A stretch of DNA of 49,102 nucleotides from Armatimonadota bacterium (GTDB lineage: Bacteria; Armatimonadota; Fimbriimonadia; Fimbriimonadales; Fimbriimonadaceae). The DNA lies in contig JANNQV010000054.1 in assembly GCA_031400935.1 (NCBI GenBank), positions 1 through 49,102 on the forward strand, read 5' to 3'. The position numbers and the translations under genes were made by a program. Shown piece by piece: positions 20,411 to 29,447 of the stretch. A model generated the notes under the pieces. The model had not been told where the DNA came from and did not search any database. It worked only from the letters and a program-made list of their open reading frames with translations. Positions within the stretch are counted from its first letter, which is position 1. Each line of letters starts with the position of its first letter.

Positions 20411-21496
20411 TTACAAAACATTCAGTTCCATAGGACCAATTCTAATCGAAACTATGTAGGGTTCTTCTCCCTTCGCCCAATGGCCATAGGTCGTCGTCAC
20501 AATTGTCCCGTCTTTCAAAATCTCAAGCCCTGGGTAGCCGCAGTCCCAGCTATCTATGTTGTCCATCAATCGGATTCGAAATTGCCCCTCGCGGCGATTC
20601 ACGATGTCGTCCAAAGTGCCGATCCACGCAACCCAATCGCCTTTCCACGGCGAGTCTTGAGCCATGTCGCGGAAGGTTACAAATAGCCTTCCGTCTTTCA
20701 TCCACTTGGCAGTGTGCCTGTCGCCTGTCAGGACGCGGTTCACATCGGCAAACTCAGACCAGCTCTGCTTTTCAGAATCAAAGACTCCGAATCCGCTTTC
20801 GTGCTTTCGCGAATTCTCTCGAAAGAAAACGCCAAATTTCTTGGATTTGGGAATGGGGAATGCGCCCGGTTCGCAGTAATGGAATTCCTGGCTCGAAAAA
20901 TACGGTTTTGGCTCTTGCCAGGTCACTCCCCCATCCACTGAAATCGAGGAATAGTTGATGAAAGTAACCGGATTCGTCACATCTTTCTTTGCAGAAAAAA
21001 ATCTCCCATCGTCATGGAAAAGCGCCAGATATGAGCCTTTCTCCGGTAAGGAAATCATGGTTCCCATCACGACAATCCCTCCCCAGTTGCCAACTGACTC
21101 TAGCGGTGACCAGGTTTTGCCGTCGTCTTCGCTGATTGCTACCTTGGCGGGATATAGCCCCGAGAACATCACGATGCGCCGTTTCCCCTTTTGGTCTACG
21201 GTTTGAAACAGCGTTGGTACTTCCTGTGAATCCTTCCAGTTTTCCGGGGTCGGCAGCCTTTTTGACCACGTCTTTCCACCGTTGCTGCTCTTCTTGTAGA
21301 CAATGGCGCCCTTTCCATGGCCCTTTGGATAAACGCATAAAATCGTTTTGCCATCGCGCAAAAGCGCTGTTGTGGGATGGCCGAGGTATTGGCCAGGTTC
21401 TCGGTCTACTATCGTTTGGAGCTTGGTGTGCGCGCTTAGGTCTATCCATGCCGCTTTAGGCGATTGCAAGATGAATGGAATAATTGGCAAAAGCAT
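20411..21496 (-). CDS. Sialidase-family / BNR (Asp-box) protein
   Basis: Asp-boxes SSNGGKTW, SEDDGKTW, SVDGGVTW; C-terminal DCGYP. Confidence 0.8.
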   Translation of the reverse strand: MLLPIIPFILQSPKAAWIDLSAHTKLQTIVDREPGQYLGHPTTALLRDGKTILCVYPKGHGKGAIVYKKSSNGGKTWSKRLPTPENWKDSQEVPTLFQTVDQKGKRRIVMFSGLYPAKVAISEDDGKTWSPLESVGNWGGIVVMGTMISLPEKGSYLALFHDDGRFFSAKKDVTNPVTFINYSSISVDGGVTWQEPKPYFSSQEFHYCEPGAFPIPKSKKFGVFFRENSRKHESGFGVFDSEKQSWSEFADVNRVLTGDRHTAKWMKDGRLFVTFRDMAQDSPWKGDWVAWIGTLDDIVNRREGQFRIRLMDNIDSWDCGYPGLEILKDGTIVTTTYGHWAKGEEPYIVSIRIGPMELNVL

Positions 21497-21601
21497 TTGG
21501 CAGGATTCTACCGGTTGATGCTTTCGAAAATGTCCAAACCAAACAGAATTGACATAGCGAAACTCTGCGAACCAAACGTGAGAATCGGTTTTCTCTTTGC
21601 A

Positions 21602-22723
21602 TCACGATACGTTCAATTGGTTTGCAACTCTTTTCCCAAGCGTTGCAAACCCTTGTTGAACCCCTAACCCGATTAATTCACCGTTTTCAGAACCAGGAGT
21701 GAAGCACGTCATCGGAACAAACTCTCTGGTATGGTCGGTCGAGGCATCTGTCGGATCGCAGCCGTGGTCGGCGGTGAGGATGAATAGGTCATCCGGCGTC
21801 AACTTTGAAAGGATTGAACCAAGAAAAGTGTCAAACGTTTTTAGGCATTTGGCGAACCCAATGGGGTCGTTCCGATGTCCATAGAGCATATCAAAGTCTT
21901 CAAAATTCGCAAAAATGAACCTAGCATCCGAGTCAAGGGCTTCCAAAAGCATCACCTCATGCTCGGTGTTTGACTGAGTCCGTCGAACGGGCCGAAACCC
22001 GCGCCCACCGAACAGTTCCGGTACTACGCCAATTCCAAAAACGTCGCCGATTTCATCAATTAGGTTATGTGGCGGAGTCAATGGATAATCCTTCCTGCGC
22101 TCAGTTCTTTTGAACTCTCCTGGCTTGCCCAAAAACGGTCTTGCAATCACTCTTTGCACGTGGTCTGGCGGCACGCAAATCTCCCTTGCAATTCCGCAAA
22201 ACTCATAAAGCTTTTCAATGGGCACGACTTCTTCATGGCATGCGATTTGAAACACCGAGTCAGCAGAAGTGTAAACAATAGGGAAGCCAGTTTCGAGGTG
22301 CAGATTTCCAAGTTCGGCGATAATCTGAGTTCCGCTTGCAGCCCGGTTCCCAATCGTCTGAGTTCCTATACGAGTTTCGAATTCTTTGATGAGGGGAATC
22401 GGAAACCCATTTGGATAGGTTGGAAACGGCGCATCTTCAACAATTCCCATCATTTCCCAGTGGCCGGTGACTGAATCTTTCCCGCCCTTTGAGAGAGGCT
22501 GCAGCCTGCCAAAGCTTCGACTTCCCAGCAAATCTGGGGCATCAATTAGGATTCCTCCAGCCTGCAAAAAACCTAGTGATGCTAGATTGGGAGCATGAAA
22601 CCCGCCCGATGCCTCCCAAACGTGCTTCAGCGTGGATGGCTCTCCTGGATCGCCGAATTCTTCTGCATCGGGAGCAAAGCCCGCTCCGCAGCCGTCCAAG
22701 ACGATCACAATTGCCCTTTTCAT
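21602..22723 (-). CDS. deoB: Phosphopentomutase
   Basis: IVLDGCG, GKDSVTGHWE, YTSADSVFQIA, TADHGCDP, TDHTRE. Confidence 0.95.
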   Translation of the reverse strand: MKRAIVIVLDGCGAGFAPDAEEFGDPGEPSTLKHVWEASGGFHAPNLASLGFLQAGGILIDAPDLLGSRSFGRLQPLSKGGKDSVTGHWEMMGIVEDAPFPTYPNGFPIPLIKEFETRIGTQTIGNRAASGTQIIAELGNLHLETGFPIVYTSADSVFQIACHEEVVPIEKLYEFCGIAREICVPPDHVQRVIARPFLGKPGEFKRTERRKDYPLTPPHNLIDEIGDVFGIGVVPELFGGRGFRPVRRTQSNTEHEVMLLEALDSDARFIFANFEDFDMLYGHRNDPIGFAKCLKTFDTFLGSILSKLTPDDLFILTADHGCDPTDASTDHTREFVPMTCFTPGSENGELIGLGVQQGFATLGKRVANQLNVS

Positions 22724-23565
22724 TTCACCTGTTCTACCAGGTTCATGACGATTCGCTCGTAAGCTGCTGGGTCTGTTACGTACCCTTCAGCATGTTTCGA
22801 GCCGGGAATCATCTGCACATCCACTCCTGCTGCCTCAGCCAGTTTCTTTGCATTTGAAAGTGGAACCAAGCTGTCAAATTCGCACGACAGAACAATTGCG
22901 GGGCGGCCCCGAAAAACACCTGCCCCATCAACCGGGCGAATTTTCGCAACTTCGATTCCGCTCATTTTTTCTGCAAACGTTGCGGCTGGAGCCAAAACAA
23001 CATCGCCAAACGGAAACCTGCCAGCGTTCCAAGTTGGGATAGCCTCGGAAAGTGTCGCAAATGCTCCTTCTGAAACGATGCCATCAAAAGTCGAAGGATC
23101 CTTTTCGGATGCGAGCCAGAGCGTCGAACCGCCCATGCTGACTCCGATTCCAATCACTCTTTTGCAGCCTCGCTTTCTAAGTTCAGATGCTAATTGTATA
23201 GCAATATCCGACTCTCTAACTCCAAAAGTCGTGATTCCAGCTTTGTTTGGAGCATGGCCAGGAAGTGCAGGAATAACTACCGAATATCCTTTGCTCGCCA
23301 AAAATTGGCCGAGCCCGGCCCATGTTGACTGCCCGCCTCCCCAACCGTGAAGCAACACGAAACCGATTTCGCTATCTTTTAAATCTAGATTCGCTGCCAA
23401 AACAGGAGTTGAAGCAAGTTGGATCTGCTGCCAATCCTGGGCGGCAAACTCTTTTGGCATCGGCCCAGCCAACTTTGGCGGATGCAAGTAGCCAAAGGCT
23501 GCGATAGCGCAAACGGCTAGGTAGAGTCCGGCGCCTCCTCCGACTATTGCCAAAAACACAAACAT
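22720..23565 (-). CDS. Membrane-anchored alpha/beta hydrolase
   Basis: LLHGWGG, GVSMGG nucleophile elbow, C-terminal Asp/His; start ATG 23565 just after the folD stop. Confidence 0.8.
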   Translation of the reverse strand: MFVFLAIVGGGAGLYLAVCAIAAFGYLHPPKLAGPMPKEFAAQDWQQIQLASTPVLAANLDLKDSEIGFVLLHGWGGGQSTWAGLGQFLASKGYSVVIPALPGHAPNKAGITTFGVRESDIAIQLASELRKRGCKRVIGIGVSMGGSTLWLASEKDPSTFDGIVSEGAFATLSEAIPTWNAGRFPFGDVVLAPAATFAEKMSGIEVAKIRPVDGAGVFRGRPAIVLSCEFDSLVPLSNAKKLAEAAGVDVQMIPGSKHAEGYVTDPAAYERIVMNLVEQVK

Positions 23566-23566
23566 C

Positions 23567-24421
23567 TTACGCCAACGTTTTTTCCGCTGCTTCAACACAA
23601 TTGCTTAGCAAACTGGCGACCGTCATCGGGCCGACGCCGCCGGGCACGGGCGTAATCCAGCTTGCGACCTCCTTGGCGGCTTCAAATTCGACATCTCCAA
23701 CATCCTTATCGCGGCCTTCCACTTTGTTATAACCAGCATCAAAAACAATCACTCCCGGCTTGAGCCATTCGGCCTTGATCAACTCGGCTCTTCCAATTGC
23801 CGCTACGAGCACGTCTGCCTCGCCAACTAGTGCTGCCAAATTTTCCGAGTGCGAATGGGCAATTGTGACCGTCGCATTTCGTTCTAGAAGCATCAGCGCG
23901 CCTGGCTTTCCTAGAATAAAGCTACGTCCAACCACAAGTGCGCGTTTCCCTTTGACATCAATTTGATAATGGTCGAGCATTTTCATCATGCCGAGCGGAG
24001 TAGCGCAACGAAATCCACTCATGCCGGAAACTAATCTCCCTAGTGACTGAGGCGTGATTCCGTCCACGTCCTTTTGGTGTCCAAGGTGGGTTAGTGCATC
24101 TTGTTCGTCGAGGTGCTTTGGCAAAGGATGCTGAACTAAGACTCCGTGAACTACAGGGTCGGCATTTAGTTGATCAATCGTTCGCAGGACCTCGGCTTGA
24201 GTCGTTTTTGAGGAAATTTCAAATGCCTCGCCGATCATTCCGATCTGCTCAGCCCAGCGTCTTTTCATTCGAACATACGCAAGGCTTGCTGGGTCTTGCG
24301 CCGCTACGACTACATCAAGGCGAGGCGTAACTCCTTTGGAAATGAGAACGTCAACGCGCTCCTTGAGTTCGGCTCGGACAATTTTGGCTAAGTTTGAACC
24401 ATCAAGAATCTGGGCACTCAC
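23567..24421 (-). CDS. folD: Methylene-THF dehydrogenase/cyclohydrolase
   Basis: QHPLP, KDVDG, ATPLG, TPVPGGVGPMT; GTG start overlaps the nusB stop. Confidence 0.95.
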   Translation of the reverse strand: MSAQILDGSNLAKIVRAELKERVDVLISKGVTPRLDVVVAAQDPASLAYVRMKRRWAEQIGMIGEAFEISSKTTQAEVLRTIDQLNADPVVHGVLVQHPLPKHLDEQDALTHLGHQKDVDGITPQSLGRLVSGMSGFRCATPLGMMKMLDHYQIDVKGKRALVVGRSFILGKPGALMLLERNATVTIAHSHSENLAALVGEADVLVAAIGRAELIKAEWLKPGVIVFDAGYNKVEGRDKDVGDVEFEAAKEVASWITPVPGGVGPMTVASLLSNCVEAAEKTLA

Positions 24422-24993
24422 GAAGGCTTTTCCTCCGCGCGAAGAGTCCATGCACCGACTTTGGCCAGTTCTGCCATCTCTGGCGAATTCTCACTGATTT
24501 CTACGACAACCGGCTCGGAATCGTCCTCGATTGCAATTTCCTCGGCAAGGGATTCGTTTTCAACCAACGCCTTTCCATTTGCCTTGGGCGATTCTTTTAG
24601 TACTCCACCCAATACACCGTTTACAAATTTTCCACTTTCAGCAGTTGAGTATTTTTTGATAATCGTGACTGCTTCGTTGATTGTCACTGCAGGGGGAACT
24701 TCAGGGCAATATAAAAGTTCGTAAGTTGCCATTCTCAATATGTTTCGATCCAAAGCGACAAGCCTTTCAAGCGTCCAATCGTTCAAATTTCTTGTGAGGT
24801 ATTCGTCTAGTTCGTCAACTTTTTCAACAACACCTTCAATAAGGCGAATCGCGAATTCCAAAATCTCTGGCGGAAGCTCGTTATTTTCGTTCAAATTTTC
24901 GATTCCAGCAACCTTGTTAAATCCGCCAACTTCCATCTGGTACAGCGTGCGAAGCGCGGCCTCTCTTCCTTGCCTTCGATTTCTAATTGGCAT
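24418..24993 (-). CDS. nusB: Transcription antitermination factor NusB
   Basis: RRQGREAALRTLYQ, DRNILRMATYEL, INEAV, FVNGVL. Confidence 0.93.
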   Translation of the reverse strand: MPIRNRRQGREAALRTLYQMEVGGFNKVAGIENLNENNELPPEILEFAIRLIEGVVEKVDELDEYLTRNLNDWTLERLVALDRNILRMATYELLYCPEVPPAVTINEAVTIIKKYSTAESGKFVNGVLGGVLKESPKANGKALVENESLAEEIAIEDDSEPVVVEISENSPEMAELAKVGAWTLRAEEKPS

Positions 24994-26341
24994 GTGCCGC
25001 CTCGAACAGGTTCGGCACAAATGCGGTAGAAAAGTCGCCTGCGAGCCACTGGGTGTTCTGCACAATCTTGCGAAGGAACGGGATATTTGTGTGGATCCCA
25101 GAGACATGAAATTCGCTCAATGCCGAGGTCAATTTTGCTGCGGCTTCTGCTCGGGTTCTGCCCGTTACGATGAGCTTTGCGATCATCGGGTCATAGTATG
25201 GGCTGACACTAAATCCCGCATAAACATGAGTTTCCATTCGGATTCCGCGACCTGCGGGTGGAATCCATTCCGTGATCAAACCTGTGCTGGGCGCAAAGTC
25301 ATTTTCCGGGTCTTGAGCGGTGATTCGAACTTCAATTGAATGCCCCTCCAACCGAATATCGTCCTGCGTGAATGGTAGCGGTTCACCGTTCGCAACTCGA
25401 ATCATAGTCTGAACAATGTCAATTCCTGTGACTTCCTCTGTGATTGGGTGTTCGACCTGGAGCCGAGTGTTCATTTCCAGAAAATAAAACTTGTAATCTT
25501 GGTCAACAAGAAACTCAACAGTTCCTGCGTTCTGATAGCCAACGGATGATGCAACCCGAATTGCAGCCTCTCCCATCTTTCTGCGAACTTCGGATGGAAA
25601 TCCTGCGAAAGGAGCTTCTTCAATGATCTTTTGGTGCCTTAGATTTTGAATGGAGCACTCTCGTTCGCCCAAATAGACCATGCTTCCATGAGAATCTCCG
25701 ATGACCTGAATTTCCACATGGCGAGGCTCAAGAATGCACTTTTCGACAAGCATCTCGCCGCTCCCAAAACTTGCCGATGCCTCCGCTTGAGCAGTCTTCC
25801 AGTTTCCTGGGAGTTCGTCGGGCGAATCAACTCTGCGAATTCCCCTTCCGCCTCCACCAGCAACCGCCTTAAGCAAAACGGGATATTCAATCTGGTCGGC
25901 AATTCGAAGAGCCTCTTGATCGTCGGCAACAACGCCTTCTGAACCCGGAACAACAGGGCAATCTACCGCGATTGCGGCTTGTTTTGCCGATGCCTTGTCC
26001 CCCATTGCTTCGATTGCCGCAACGGGAGGGCCGATGAATTTGATGCCAATTTGTTCAAGTGCTCGTGCGAAACCTGCTCGCTCGCTAAAGTAGCCGTAAC
26101 CCGGATGCACGGCATCGGCTTTCGAGATTTCGCAAGCCATCAAAATGTTTGCAAGATTCAAATAGCTGTCGCCATTTGTAGCGGCCCCAACACAAATTGC
26201 TTCATCAGCCATCCGGACATGAAGACTTCCACTATCAGCTTTAGAATAAACAGCGACGGTTTCAATGCCCATTTCACGGCATGCGCGAATAACTCGGCAC
26301 GCAATTTCACCACGGTTTGCAATAAGAACTTTTGAGATCAT
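24983..26341 (-). CDS. accC: Biotin carboxylase
   Basis: KVLIANRGEIA, HPGYG, GGGGRG, FLEMNTRLQVEHP, YDPMIAKLI. Confidence 0.95.
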   Translation of the reverse strand: MISKVLIANRGEIACRVIRACREMGIETVAVYSKADSGSLHVRMADEAICVGAATNGDSYLNLANILMACEISKADAVHPGYGYFSERAGFARALEQIGIKFIGPPVAAIEAMGDKASAKQAAIAVDCPVVPGSEGVVADDQEALRIADQIEYPVLLKAVAGGGGRGIRRVDSPDELPGNWKTAQAEASASFGSGEMLVEKCILEPRHVEIQVIGDSHGSMVYLGERECSIQNLRHQKIIEEAPFAGFPSEVRRKMGEAAIRVASSVGYQNAGTVEFLVDQDYKFYFLEMNTRLQVEHPITEEVTGIDIVQTMIRVANGEPLPFTQDDIRLEGHSIEVRITAQDPENDFAPSTGLITEWIPPAGRGIRMETHVYAGFSVSPYYDPMIAKLIVTGRTRAEAAAKLTSALSEFHVSGIHTNIPFLRKIVQNTQWLAGDFSTAFVPNLFEAAHAN

Positions 26342-26721
26342 CAGTATTTTTCGTGCCCTGGATGCGGACATTTCACTTTGAGAGTTTGAGCGTCAAGTTC
26401 GTATGTTTCGCTGCCAATTGGGCAATTTCGCATCGAAGCTGGAAGCCCGCTTACTTGATCAATCGAGTTTGGGCGATTTGCTTGATCGTCGCCATTTGTT
26501 TCAACTTGAAGATAAATGAGTTGCCGAACTTGGCTCAAATTCGATTTGCAAGCCGCATCTTTTGACTTCATCATCGCGGCGCCGACCGTTGTGACTCCTT
26601 TGCCGTCTTTTCGGGTGGAAACGCCTCCGTTTGGCTTGAGATATACGACCGCCAGAATTGCAATGATTGCGATCGCAACGAGCAACCCCACCAACGTATT
26701 TCCAGTTCTTGTCGAATTCAT
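26341..26721 (-). CDS. Small pilin-like protein
   Basis: RTG|NTLVGLLVAIAIIAILAVV resembles a type IV prepilin leader; ACKSNLSQVR helix; C-terminal Cys residues. Confidence 0.65.
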   Translation of the reverse strand: MNSTRTGNTLVGLLVAIAIIAILAVVYLKPNGGVSTRKDGKGVTTVGAAMMKSKDAACKSNLSQVRQLIYLQVETNGDDQANRPNSIDQVSGLPASMRNCPIGSETYELDAQTLKVKCPHPGHEKY

Positions 26722-27128
26722 GAGTTCACCTTGATTCGAAAAAGCGGCTGCCCGAATTCAACAGGCTGTTCATGCTTTGCAAGAACATCCAAAACTTCTC
26801 CGCCGATTTTTACCTCTACGTCGTTAGAAAGTCCTAGAGCAAAAATCGTAGCTACAACTTCACCGTCTGAGATTGGCTGGCCAATTTGCACGGGTGTCTT
26901 TGTATGCCGAAAATATCCGACGCAAGGGGCACAAACTTCGACCATCAGATCGTCCGAAACAGAAGGATCGCCTTCTTCAATTGCAATGATTGAACCCAAT
27001 TTAGGGTTGACAGCAACCTTCTCAAGTGTTGCCGAAAAGCTGATGCCGCTCACATCTGCTTCAACTTCACGAAAGCCGTGTTGCTTGGCAAGTTCCAAAA
27101 CTCTCCGAATCTCGTCGAATTCGAGCAT
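26718..27128 (-). CDS. Biotin carboxyl carrier (AccB)-like protein lacking the biotinyl-lysine
   Basis: VCAPCVGYF..., GEV, QPVEFGQPLFRI match BCCP; IFALGLSND sits where IEAMKxMNE is expected. Confidence 0.8.
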   Translation of the reverse strand: MLEFDEIRRVLELAKQHGFREVEADVSGISFSATLEKVAVNPKLGSIIAIEEGDPSVSDDLMVEVCAPCVGYFRHTKTPVQIGQPISDGEVVATIFALGLSNDVEVKIGGEVLDVLAKHEQPVEFGQPLFRIKVNS

Positions 27129-27373
27129 GAATTTAAGTGTACCGCGAACCTGATTGCATCATTCCGAAAAACAACAAGCAGAAAAAAGGGTCTGCGTTGA
27201 CCTATGTTGTCGCACAGTCAGTTATTAGAGTGAAATGATCCTAAGAGATACCTCTTTTGAGGGTGTCCAACCTGAAAGTAATACGGGCAGTTAAGAATGC
27301 CGCTTGATGGAAAGAAATCTAATAGGAAATGGAGCGAGAAGGATTGGGGAATCCTTCTTGGGAGGAATTTTAG

Positions 27374-28003
27374 ATGATGGCAATGGGAAATGTTTCATTA
27401 GGCCTTGTAGAACTTTCGGCAATCAGAGAAATGGCAAATGCGGGCCTTGCGCATGCGACCAAATCCCTGTCCGAATTTACTGGCCACAAATTCAACGTAG
27501 ATGTTCCGTACGCCCAATCGGTCGCGCTTACGCGGATACCAATGTTGTTAGGCGACGGTGAACAAATCTATGTAGGAATCTACTTGCCTGTTAAGGGCGA
27601 AGTTGAAGGTCATATTGCATTTCTCCTTCCGTGGGAAAGTGCCCAGTTGCTTTGGAAAATGGTAATGGGTCGAGCTCCAAGGACCCCAGCGGAAGTTGAC
27701 GAGGATGCTGCGTCGGCGATGCTTGAAGTCGGCAACATCTTCAACGGCAGTTTTCTAGAAGCGATTTCGGACATTGCAAAATTTGGCTTTAGTACAACTC
27801 AGCCAGTTTTGGCAATAGATTCTTGTTCAGTTATCTTGGCGGCGATTGTTAGTGAAGCAAGTCAAGGTGATGCAGATTCGATGGCAATTGATACAGAATT
27901 TTTTGACGACGAGCATACGACTTCTGGAATATTCCTCTTTTTGCCAACCGTTTCAGGTCTAAGGTCGTTATTCTCTGCTCTTGGCATTTCGAAGGCGGCC
28001 TAA
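27374..28003 (+). CDS. cheC: CheC-family phosphatase
   Basis: Two E-x2-N motifs (SAIREMAN, SAMLEVGN); adjacent to cheD. Confidence 0.85.
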   Translation: MMAMGNVSLGLVELSAIREMANAGLAHATKSLSEFTGHKFNVDVPYAQSVALTRIPMLLGDGEQIYVGIYLPVKGEVEGHIAFLLPWESAQLLWKMVMGRAPRTPAEVDEDAASAMLEVGNIFNGSFLEAISDIAKFGFSTTQPVLAIDSCSVILAAIVSEASQGDADSMAIDTEFFDDEHTTSGIFLFLPTVSGLRSLFSALGISKAA

Positions 28004-28005
28004 CC

Positions 28006-28536
28006 ATGACAACAACTGCAGTTACAGTGGGGATGGCGGAGATTCACGTTACAAAGGGAGTTGGAATCTTTACATGTCCTGGTCTTGGAAGTTGCATCGG
28101 AGTTTGCGCGATTGACCCAATCACTAACGTTGCGGGCTGCGCGAAAATCATGTTGCCTGAATCATTCCCAGATAAGCAGGTTGACAAGCCTGCAAAATTT
28201 GCGAACACCGGAATTCCCGAATTGATAGGCATGATGGAGAGACTTGGTGCCGAACGAACAAGAATTGCAATCGCAATCGCTGGTGGCGCCCAAGTATTCA
28301 GATTTGGATCAGATTGCGCAACAAGCAAACACGATATCGGATCAAGGAATGTTAAGGCAGTTACGGACGCATTGAACCGATATGGATTGGAACCAATGGC
28401 CAACGATGTAGGCGGAAGCAATGGCCGCACTATTACTTTTACTGTGGAAACTGGAATCGTGACGGTTCGTACCGCTATTTCGACGGAAAAGGCACTGGCA
28501 AACTTGAGAGACTTAACTGGAAACGAGGATGTTTAG
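28006..28536 (+). CDS. cheD: CheD-family protein
   Basis: GLGSCIGV, IMLP, KFAN, IAGGAQVF, IGSRN, DVGG..GRT. Confidence 0.88.
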   Translation: MTTTAVTVGMAEIHVTKGVGIFTCPGLGSCIGVCAIDPITNVAGCAKIMLPESFPDKQVDKPAKFANTGIPELIGMMERLGAERTRIAIAIAGGAQVFRFGSDCATSKHDIGSRNVKAVTDALNRYGLEPMANDVGGSNGRTITFTVETGIVTVRTAISTEKALANLRDLTGNEDV

Positions 28537-28539
28537 AGA

Positions 28540-29406
28540 ATGAGCGGCACATTGACACTTGACGATATCGTGGCGAAGACAACCGATCTTCCTGCTATTC
28601 CCGCAGCTGCAATTGCTGTAATGCGTGAGACAGATCTATCCACTAGTACTGCAAGATCGGTTGCCGAACACTTGTCATGCGACCAAGCTTTGAGTTCCAG
28701 GGTACTTCGCCTCGCTAATTCTGCATACTACGGAATGTCGAGACAGGTGACGGACTTGCAGGAGTCGGTTGTGTTACTCGGCATGCGTTCCGTAAGAAAT
28801 CTTGCTGTAATCGCCGCCACCTACACCTGGATGCAACGTCCGATGAATGGTTATGCACTTGAGCCAAGCTCAATGTGGAAGCATAGCTTTGGTGTTTCAA
28901 TTGCTGCCCAACTTATCGCGAAGAAAAGCAAATCTTGTGATCCTGATCTTGCTTTCACTGCTGGACTTTTGCACAATCTAGGCAAAGTAGCGATGAACAT
29001 CTGGCTGGATCGGAAATTAGCAGCCGTGATCAGTCTCGCACAGCGAGATCAGCTCGCTTTTGACGAGGTTGAACGAAAGATATTAGGTTATGATCACGCC
29101 GAAGTTGGAGCACATCTCGCGGAAATCTGGAACTTGCCCGAGTCGCTCGTTGTTGCAATTCGCTACCATCACCGCCCCAATGACGCGGACCCAACTAGCC
29201 CAGTTACGGATTGCGTTCATCTCGGAGACTTCTTGACTATGAGCATGGGATATGGACTTGGCGGCGATGGCCTTTACTACAATTTCTGCCCGGAAGTATT
29301 CACACGGCTGGGTATCGAATCATCGGCGATTGATGAAATCACGGATCAATTCATGGATGCATATTCCAAATATGATAGTCTCATTGAAGAAATGACTGCG
29401 GCTTAG
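28540..29406 (+). CDS. HDOD domain protein
   Basis: LPAIP, DQALSSRVLRLANSAYY, WKHS, AGLLHNLGK, DHAEVG..W.LP. Confidence 0.9.
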   Translation: MSGTLTLDDIVAKTTDLPAIPAAAIAVMRETDLSTSTARSVAEHLSCDQALSSRVLRLANSAYYGMSRQVTDLQESVVLLGMRSVRNLAVIAATYTWMQRPMNGYALEPSSMWKHSFGVSIAAQLIAKKSKSCDPDLAFTAGLLHNLGKVAMNIWLDRKLAAVISLAQRDQLAFDEVERKILGYDHAEVGAHLAEIWNLPESLVVAIRYHHRPNDADPTSPVTDCVHLGDFLTMSMGYGLGGDGLYYNFCPEVFTRLGIESSAIDEITDQFMDAYSKYDSLIEEMTAA

Positions 29407-29447
29407 AAACCACTTTGAAAATCGAAGAGGATTTCTTCGCCGTTTCG

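Noticed and set aside
27129..27373. c-di-GMP riboswitch upstream of cheC
   Set aside because: Could not match class I (GGCAAA..GAAA..GACGCAAAG) or class II consensus by eye
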